From a virus (Duplodnaviria; Caudoviricetes), in IMG/VR virus record IMGVR_UViG_3300031853_000001, positions 116,933 to 180,932 of that record: DNA of 64,000 bases. The stretch is one strand, 5' to 3'. Under the pieces are notes generated by a model. It was given only the letters and a program-made list of their open reading frames with translations, was not told the DNA's origin and did not search any database. The translations under genes and the position numbers were made by a program. Shown here one piece after another: positions 57,219-64,000 of the stretch; positions within the stretch are counted from its first letter, which is position 1; each line of letters starts with the position of its first letter.

Positions 57219-58232
57219 ATGTTATATGGAATTATTGGAATATTAATATTTGTTATAATAATACTTGGGATAAAACTTGGGAAAAAAGTTTTTATAAATA
57301 ACCAAGAATTAAAAAAATATAATGATGAAATTAATGCCGCGAAAATAACCATTGATAAATTACTTAATCAAAAAATAGATTTAGAAAGAAATATTCTTAA
57401 TCAACGCAATTTAATTGAAGATTATCAAGATAAAATCCTTACCGTTCAAAATAAATACCGAGAAGAATTAAATAAAAAAACAGAGGATTTAAATGTATAT
57501 TTTGAGCATCAAAAGAATACGCGGCAGTCCGAAATGGATACAGATTTTGAACGATTGTGGCGAGAAAAAGAAGACAATTTAAAAAATCAATATATTAAAC
57601 TTGAACAAGAAGAATTAGAAAAAGAGAATAAATTTAAACAAGAAGTAGCTGATAATATTGAGGCCGCGAAGAAAAGCCAAGATAATATTCTTGCAGATAC
57701 TCTATATCAGCAACAAAGATTTGAAGCTCTACTTGAACCATTAAAACAATATGAAAAAGACCAACAGGAGCGGCTATTTTATACAATACAAGTTCCTGAT
57801 GAATATAAAGATGATATTAACTTCTTAATTACTACCGTATCACAAAAAGTTCAACATCCTGATATTATCAATAAACTCGTTTGGGCTGAATATGTTAAAC
57901 CTTATATAGACGGAACTTTCAAGCGGGCAAGCATAGAGGATAAACCTGGCATTTATAAAATCACTAATATAAACAGTGGTAAATGTTATATTGGTAAAAG
58001 TACCAATGTGAAAAAGCGAATTGCTGACCACTTTAAAAGTTCTATTGGAATTAAAACAATCGCAGACCAAGCGGTTCATCACGAAATTTGGAAAACAGGA
58101 TTTTGGAATTGGACAATTGAAGTTATTATTTATTGTGAAAAAGAACAACTTAATGAGTTAGAAAAATATTATATAGATTTCTTTAAAAGCCAAGAGTTTG
58201 GTTATAATAAAAATGTAGGTGGCGGTGGATAA
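57219..58232 (+). CDS. membrane-anchored coiled-coil protein with C-terminal GIY-YIG domain
   Basis: N-terminal TM; GIYKITN..YIGKS. Confidence 0.8.
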   Translation: MLYGIIGILIFVIIILGIKLGKKVFINNQELKKYNDEINAAKITIDKLLNQKIDLERNILNQRNLIEDYQDKILTVQNKYREELNKKTEDLNVYFEHQKNTRQSEMDTDFERLWREKEDNLKNQYIKLEQEELEKENKFKQEVADNIEAAKKSQDNILADTLYQQQRFEALLEPLKQYEKDQQERLFYTIQVPDEYKDDINFLITTVSQKVQHPDIINKLVWAEYVKPYIDGTFKRASIEDKPGIYKITNINSGKCYIGKSTNVKKRIADHFKSSIGIKTIADQAVHHEIWKTGFWNWTIEVIIYCEKEQLNELEKYYIDFFKSQEFGYNKNVGGGG

Positions 58233-58534
58233 TGATTAAACAAGTTTTAAAATATCAAGGAAATGCAAATTATATTTGTATTTTATGTTTGAATGAAAAA
58301 GATGAATTATTTATATTTTATGCACTAACTGGAAAGTTAAGTATTAATATAAATAAAGAAACTGAGTATTGTGACTTAGGTCTTGCTGAAAAATTTATCA
58401 TTCACACATTGTCAGAATGTGAAATAAATATCCCAATTCTCGCAGCAAAAGATTCATCACTTTTTCATATTATTAAAATAGACAATGAAAAAGAATATGA
58501 GCATATTTGCTCCGTAGTGGAGAGCTTAGTATGA
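58232..58534 (+). CDS. hypothetical protein
   Basis: Coupled ORF. Confidence 0.55.
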   Translation: MIKQVLKYQGNANYICILCLNEKDELFIFYALTGKLSININKETEYCDLGLAEKFIIHTLSECEINIPILAAKDSSLFHIIKIDNEKEYEHICSVVESLV

Positions 58535-58818
58535 GTGATGACACATTTGTAACTGGTCTAACAACAGACCAAGATAATATAGAAGAAATCGTAGAAGAAA
58601 CTACTTCTGCAATTGAAAGCAAGGTAAATCAACCGCAATTCCATAATCGTGCGAAACGTCGCAAATTTGCCAAGAAACTTGGTAAGTCTGGCCGTGCGAA
58701 AATGGGAACTATTTCTGAGACAGCTAAAAAGCTTACATATATAAATCTAATTCAAAAACTAAGAGAACTAAATGAAGAAAAGGAGAATGAAAATTATGAA
58801 CAAGCAACTGAAGACTGA
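58531..58818 (+). CDS. hypothetical protein
   Basis: ATGA overlap; NRAKRR motif. Confidence 0.6.
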   Translation: MSDDTFVTGLTTDQDNIEEIVEETTSAIESKVNQPQFHNRAKRRKFAKKLGKSGRAKMGTISETAKKLTYINLIQKLRELNEEKENENYEQATED

Positions 58819-59014
58819 AACTCTAGTATTTAAGGTAGATAGCGAACAGCTGGCAATGGACACTATTGAAGAGTATAAGAATAATCAGGTAACTGATGGA
58901 TATACTCTCACAAAGTATAATACAACTTATAAGTGTAAGAAGAATCGCAAGACAGGTGAAATTGAAGATGAATTTTGGCTTGTAAGTGTAACTAAGGAAT
59001 ATGAGGTAATGTAA
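58796..59014 (+). CDS. hypothetical protein
   Basis: RBS AAGGAG; start codon uncertain. Confidence 0.6.
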   Translation: MNKQLKTETLVFKVDSEQLAMDTIEEYKNNQVTDGYTLTKYNTTYKCKKNRKTGEIEDEFWLVSVTKEYEVM

Positions 59015-59015
59015 T

Positions 59016-59825
59016 ATGGCAGATTTTATGAATATTGCGGACGGTCTAGCAGATAATGAAAATGCCCGTCCTTTACTAGATATTATTGAACAAATTATGG
59101 AACTTCCAGAAGATAGCTTAAATGATACATCTGTTGATGTTATTTCTGGAATGATGCGTGGGGCTTTAACTCCAAAGATTAAGGAAGAGTCTATTAAGAG
59201 TGTTATTCAAGGTTTTGAGGATGAAAACCTTTCTCGCGTCCAGGCTGCTGAAATTGTAGCCCAATCAAAACAGGCTCTTAAAGATGCAATTGATGAGGTA
59301 AAGCCTTCTCCTAATAAGCGCGCTCTACTTGATGCTGCGTTTGATTTCTTCTATGAAGTATTTGATGAAGCTTTTGAGAAGTATCATTCTTATACTTTTG
59401 AACTTCCCATTAAACTAGAAGATGGCGGTAAGGCTCCGACTTATGCACACGAAACTGACGCTTGTGCTGATATTTATGCTTCTAAAGATATTACAATTCC
59501 GGCGCATTCTTGCTCTACAAAAATACCTACTGGATTGCGAATTGCTTTACCAGAAGGCTGGGTAGCAAAGATTGCTCCTCGTTCTAGTATCGGAGCAAAG
59601 ACTGGTCTGCGTCTTTCTAACTCAATCGGTATTATTGACGCAGATTATCGTGGAGAAATTGGAGTTCTTTATGATAATATTTCCGATTCTGATTATAAAA
59701 TTAAAGCTGGCGACCGAATCGCACAAGTGTGGGTTGAGCGTGTAGAACGTTTTAAGCCCGTGCTCGTTGATATTCTTCCTGCGACTGAGCGCGGAGAAGG
59801 AGGATTTGGCTCCAGCGGCAAGTAA
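59016..59825 (+). CDS. dut: dUTPase with ~125-aa N-terminal extension
   Basis: DACAD, PRSS, GIIDADYRGE, GDRIAQ, RGEGGFGSSG. Confidence 0.92.
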   Translation: MADFMNIADGLADNENARPLLDIIEQIMELPEDSLNDTSVDVISGMMRGALTPKIKEESIKSVIQGFEDENLSRVQAAEIVAQSKQALKDAIDEVKPSPNKRALLDAAFDFFYEVFDEAFEKYHSYTFELPIKLEDGGKAPTYAHETDACADIYASKDITIPAHSCSTKIPTGLRIALPEGWVAKIAPRSSIGAKTGLRLSNSIGIIDADYRGEIGVLYDNISDSDYKIKAGDRIAQVWVERVERFKPVLVDILPATERGEGGFGSSGK

Positions 59826-60566
59826 ATGCCTATAAATATTTATAGTGTCCGGAATCATTTAGAAGAAGAAGGATGGCAATTGATTTCGGACACTTATAAA
59901 AATTTAGATACAGAATTGGAAATGAAATGCCCGGAAGGGCATTTACAAACTCAGACTTATCGTCACTGGCGGACACATCCTCAATGTGAAGTATGTATGG
60001 CTGGCGACCCTTATAAAGTCAAAAAAAATAAAGTGCCAATTAAAAAGATTGACACAACACGAATTTTAGCATTAGATGCGGCAACAGTTATTACTGGTTA
60101 TTCTATATATGATGATGGAATTCTTGTTAGTTATGGAACTCATAAAGCGGATAAAGAATTACCTACAGAAGAAAGAATAAATGATATGAAAAAATGGCTC
60201 GCTGCCGCAATTAATGAATGGGAACCTGATTTTATTGGTTTAGAACATATTCAATTACAAACTTATGGTCACGGTCAGGCACAGGTTGAAACTTATAGAG
60301 TGCTTGCTAATTTACAAGGCGTATTAGTAGATACTATTTTTGAAGCTTGTATAGACCACGATTTAGCTTATTCTGTAGAATGGCGAAAATATTGTGGTGT
60401 GGGTGAAGGCACTGGTCGCGAAAATAAAAAGAAACAGGCTCAAAATAAAGTTAAATTATGGTACAATCAAGATTGTACTCAAGATGAAGCTGACGCGATT
60501 TGTATTGGCAAATATTTTGTTAGCTTGTTGAAAAAAAACAAATCCACTTGGGGTGAAAATATATGA
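59826..60566 (+). CDS. RuvC-like Holliday junction resolvase with N-terminal Zn domain
   Basis: ILALD...TGY, LE, WRK, K, DEADAI.IG. Confidence 0.8.
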   Translation: MPINIYSVRNHLEEEGWQLISDTYKNLDTELEMKCPEGHLQTQTYRHWRTHPQCEVCMAGDPYKVKKNKVPIKKIDTTRILALDAATVITGYSIYDDGILVSYGTHKADKELPTEERINDMKKWLAAAINEWEPDFIGLEHIQLQTYGHGQAQVETYRVLANLQGVLVDTIFEACIDHDLAYSVEWRKYCGVGEGTGRENKKKQAQNKVKLWYNQDCTQDEADAICIGKYFVSLLKKNKSTWGENI

Positions 60567-60946
60567 TTAAGGTTAGCTTAAATAATATTTTAAATTCAAT
60601 TAGTATTTTTCAGTCAATTATGCAGCAGCCATGTAAAGGCTCTATTGCTTTTAAGATAGCAAGACTCGCGCGAGAACTTAATAAAGAAATTGATACCTTT
60701 GACAGAGAAAAAGAAAAGATTTTGAAAAAGTTTTGCGAATTAAATGAAAATGGTGAATTAATGATTGAAGAAAATGGCAATGTTAAAGTTTTACCAGAAA
60801 AGATTAAAGATTTTAATGAAGAATTCGCAGTTCTTTTAAATACTGAAATTGAGATTAATGCAGATAAAATTCCACATGAAGCTATGGATAGTTTTGAAAT
60901 TACTCCACAGGAAATGATAAATTTGGAAGTTTTTTTTGAAGATTAA
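60563..60946 (+). CDS. hypothetical phage protein
   Basis: Last gene before the convergent terminator. Confidence 0.7.
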   Translation: MIKVSLNNILNSISIFQSIMQQPCKGSIAFKIARLARELNKEIDTFDREKEKILKKFCELNENGELMIEENGNVKVLPEKIKDFNEEFAVLLNTEIEINADKIPHEAMDSFEITPQEMINLEVFFED

Positions 60947-60990
60947 AAATAAAACCCTTCGCTTATAAAGCGAAGGGTTTATTTTTTTAT
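60945..60990. terminator. bidirectional intrinsic terminator
   Basis: AAACCCTTCGCTT-ATA-AAGCGAAGGGTTT with A/T tracts, between convergent genes. Confidence 0.85.
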
Positions 60991-63900
60991 AGAATTTGTT
61001 CAGTGCCGCCAAATTCATGTAATTTATCACCATCTTCAGATAACCAAACATCTGAAAGTTGGCTTGGGTCATGAATTAATAAATTTATTATTTTAGCTAA
61101 AGAATACCTTCCACGAGCTTTTTCCGTTGAAGGATCATATCTTCCTGGCCAAACAGTTAAAACAGTATCATTATAATTACTACTATTATGATTTTCTATA
61201 GTATGAGGATAAAATTGCTGAAAAACAATATCAGAAACAGTAACTACACCATCACGCCTTACTGAAAATGGAGCATTAACACTTGATTCATCTCCTACCC
61301 ATATTGCGTAATTTTTTCCATCTAAATTTCCAAAACCACTATCGTTAGTGTTTAAAACTATTCTTGCACGTTTCAAATATGGATTGTAAGCAGATGTAAT
61401 TTCACTTGCGGCAGTATACTCAAAAGTATTTTGTCTTTGATTATCAGCGGTAGTTCGCCAATCTCCTTTAGAAGTTCCTAAATCACTAAATTCACCGCCT
61501 TGAAACCTTGCACGAGATTGACCTATTAAAGCTCCACCGCCTTGAAGTGACCATATTCCAAATGTAAAAGCAGTATCAAATCCTCTTCCTAATTTTAAAT
61601 TTCCTTCTGCGTCTAAATCAAAATTTTTCATCTGGCATACTAACTTACCCTCTGAACCTAAAGTTATACCTTTATCGTTAATTTTTACAACACTAGAACC
61701 AGAAGCATTTAACTCAATAGCTGCTCCATTTAACGTCAATTTAGTTGATGATGCTAGTGTTATACCAGAATGATTGAGTGCAATAACATTTGTTTCTGTA
61801 GCAGAAGCAGTTGTAATGTTAATTGCCGCTCCATGCAACGCAATACCGCTTTTATCTAATACTAAAGCAGCTCCATCACTCTGAGATCCAGACTTAGCTA
61901 TTGTAATACCATTATTTGCTCCAATTAATAATGGATTTTTATTACTATCATTCACTAAAGCAACCGGGTATGTTTCATTATTCCATTCATAATCAGTTAA
62001 TAAGCCATGACCTGTAAAAGCTTGCGCACTTGTTGCTGCAGCTGCAGCAGAAACACTCGCGGAAGTAGCGTTTGCTACTGCGGCTGTAAGGCCATAATCT
62101 ATATAATAATTTGTGAAAGTAATACTTTCATCAGACCATTCTTGTTTCTCACTTCTATAATATGTAGCACTACTATTAGTAGGATAAGTAGGAACAACTG
62201 TAGTCCAGGCATCTTGCCTATCATTAGTATAAATATTTGTTGAAGTTGTCGGTTGAGATGGATTAGTTGTTTTTTTTAACCAATATAATGGGGTAATTTT
62301 TGTAATATATTTACCATTTGTACCATTGGTACCATTGGTACCGTCTGCGCCTCTTTTTGAAATAGAATAAGAAACGCTTTGATTACCAGCAGTATAAGTA
62401 GTTATAGTTCTAGTCCATAAAAACGGTTTTGCCGCAGTTGTCGATGGGATACTAGACTGCCATTCTGAGCTTCCAGGAGTTGTTGTGCCACTACTACTAA
62501 TAGCATAACTAATTGTTGCACTAATTGCTTCCATATTATTAACTTTAGTTTGAAGAGTACTAAACCCATCTACATCACCGGAAGAAATTTTTGTTCCTTC
62601 TAGATTAAATGCTGTAGCAGTTACTTCTCCTTTAAAAGAACCACTTGTCGCGTGAATTTCGCCATTAATAACAGCATTTTGTGCAACCAATTTACCGTTA
62701 TTAAGAACATAAAACATTCCTTTATAAGTATTATTATCAATAGCGTTTTGCCAAGTTGCACTTACTGGTTTTCTAAAAACATAAAAAGCTATATCTGTTG
62801 GATCACCGCTTGCCTTTAAACCAACTTCATATTCATAATTATTATCACTACTATGACCAAATAAAGAATTTGTATAATAATGCCCACCATTCGCAGAAGT
62901 TGCACCTCGATTAGCAGAACTGGTAATCGAAAAACCACCGACTGAACCACTTGTTGCTTCAATCTTACCCTTTACCTGTACAGTTCCATTACCATCTGTA
63001 TTAACTTTTAAATTTGTACTATCAAGAGTAAACGTTCCACTTGAAGAAATATCTATTTTACTTGGACCAATTTTTATTGCAGAACTATTGCTAAAAGTAG
63101 ATGTTCCGCTTTTAGTAGATAATGTAATTAAACCATCAGACATTGATAACGTGGCCACGTTATTTATCCCAGAAACTGACTCAAATTTTAAATTACCATT
63201 AGCATCTAATTCCATTGTTGTTCCAGAAATAACTATTTTACCATTTTTCGTCTCTTGTAAAGCAGAACCTTTAATAATTCCCTTAGTTGAGTCAGAATAT
63301 AAAGAGGTTTTAGTAACATAAGCGTCTCCACCAATAAAAGACTGGATATCTTCACCATTAATATCTAAAGATGTGGCATGAATTGTACCTCTAATAACTG
63401 CATTTTGTGCAACCAATTTACCATTATTAAGAACATAAAAAGCAAATTTACGTTTTGTAGAATCACTTTTAGCTTCAGCCCAAGTCGCACTTAATGGTTT
63501 ATTAACTGAATAAAATGCCACACTATCAGGCCCAGAACTAGCTTTAAAACCAATTTCATATTCTCGTCTATCTGCCGCAGCAACACTATCTCCATCTTGT
63601 GAATGTGCGTATAATGAAGTGGCATAATAATGATTCATAGGAGAGGTAGAATCATTTTCAATAATATGAAAGCCACCAATTGAACCACTTTTTGCATTAA
63701 TGGATCCTGTTACAGTCAAACCTCCACCAACTTTATACTGTAAATATGGATTGGAACTAGAACCAATTCTAAAAACTTCTTCACCATTAACTGAAGTATT
63801 TTTTACAACAAAATTATTACTTCCAATATTTAATTCTCCACCAGTTTTAATTTCTATTCCTGTGCTATCTATAACTACAGCAGAGGCTGTTTTTTGAGCA

Positions 63901-64000
63901 TTTACAATAACAATTCCACCATTAGAACCAATTAACATTGGTAATGTTTGATTATTACCAAGTATTAATCCATAAGAATCTCCCGCATAAATTGGATAAC
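60987..64000 (-). CDS. tail fibre / large tail protein, open to the window edge
   Basis: G/S/T-rich beta repeats, duplicated FYVLNNGKLVAQNAVI.G.IHATS module, GTNGTNG collagen-like segment; frame stays open 63939-64000. Confidence 0.8.
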   Translation of the reverse strand, partial: YPIYAGDSYGLILGNNQTLPMLIGSNGGIVIVNAQKTASAVVIDSTGIEIKTGGELNIGSNNFVVKNTSVNGEEVFRIGSSSNPYLQYKVGGGLTVTGSINAKSGSIGGFHIIENDSTSPMNHYYATSLYAHSQDGDSVAAADRREYEIGFKASSGPDSVAFYSVNKPLSATWAEAKSDSTKRKFAFYVLNNGKLVAQNAVIRGTIHATSLDINGEDIQSFIGGDAYVTKTSLYSDSTKGIIKGSALQETKNGKIVISGTTMELDANGNLKFESVSGINNVATLSMSDGLITLSTKSGTSTFSNSSAIKIGPSKIDISSSGTFTLDSTNLKVNTDGNGTVQVKGKIEATSGSVGGFSITSSANRGATSANGGHYYTNSLFGHSSDNNYEYEVGLKASGDPTDIAFYVFRKPVSATWQNAIDNNTYKGMFYVLNNGKLVAQNAVINGEIHATSGSFKGEVTATAFNLEGTKISSGDVDGFSTLQTKVNNMEAISATISYAISSSGTTTPGSSEWQSSIPSTTAAKPFLWTRTITTYTAGNQSVSYSISKRGADGTNGTNGTNGKYITKITPLYWLKKTTNPSQPTTSTNIYTNDRQDAWTTVVPTYPTNSSATYYRSEKQEWSDESITFTNYYIDYGLTAAVANATSASVSAAAAATSAQAFTGHGLLTDYEWNNETYPVALVNDSNKNPLLIGANNGITIAKSGSQSDGAALVLDKSGIALHGAAINITTASATETNVIALNHSGITLASSTKLTLNGAAIELNASGSSVVKINDKGITLGSEGKLVCQMKNFDLDAEGNLKLGRGFDTAFTFGIWSLQGGGALIGQSRARFQGGEFSDLGTSKGDWRTTADNQRQNTFEYTAASEITSAYNPYLKRARIVLNTNDSGFGNLDGKNYAIWVGDESSVNAPFSVRRDGVVTVSDIVFQQFYPHTIENHNSSNYNDTVLTVWPGRYDPSTEKARGRYSLAKIINLLIHDPSQLSDVWLSEDGDKLHEFGGTEQIL

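Noticed and set aside
13310-63897. Short antisense ORFs nested in long genes
   Set aside because: Shadow ORFs of well-supported opposite-strand genes
1-64000. Stop-codon reassignment
   Set aside because: Long genes are intact in code 11; the breaks in gyrB, dnaE and the phosphoesterase are explained otherwise; no suppressor tRNA was seen

Overview
A 64-kb segment of a large, AT-rich tailed phage genome. The host is probably a Bacillota (Firmicutes) member, inferred from sigmaA-type TTGACT-N17-TATAAT promoters and AGGAGG-type RBSs. Bases 1-12 kb form a dense tRNA/ncRNA island just downstream of an ATP-dependent RNA ligase gene. Bases 12-61 kb (+ strand) hold holins, nucleotide salvage genes, a probable origin and a full replication set: GyrB/GyrA, SSB, DnaB, primase, RecJ, DnaE, NrdJ, dUTPase and RuvC. 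GyrB and DnaE carry group I introns, and about 11 homing-type endonucleases are scattered through the window. A convergent tail-fibre gene ends it. The main candidate novel system is in the RNA island. Three tRNA genes (Glu-TTC, Leu-TAA, Pro-TGG) are interrupted at anticodon position 35/36 by inserts that are not group I introns. Two inserts are 44-47-nt tRNA-like minihelices ending in NCCA (a tRNA inside a tRNA); the third is an endonuclease ORF closed by a short acceptor-like stem. Precise removal restores canonical tRNAs, which suggests excision by tRNA-processing nucleases and sealing by the phage RNA ligase (inference). The island also contains seven 'stem + ACAGCAA' cassettes carrying anticodon arms or circularly permuted tRNAs, a mimic of the 23S rRNA L11-binding domain, a minimal HDV-like ribozyme, a ROOL-like large RNA and RBS-masking pseudoknots. 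A metallophosphoesterase gene has a 5-nt stop-containing insert that fits ribosomal hopping. All calls were made by eye; no database searches were run.
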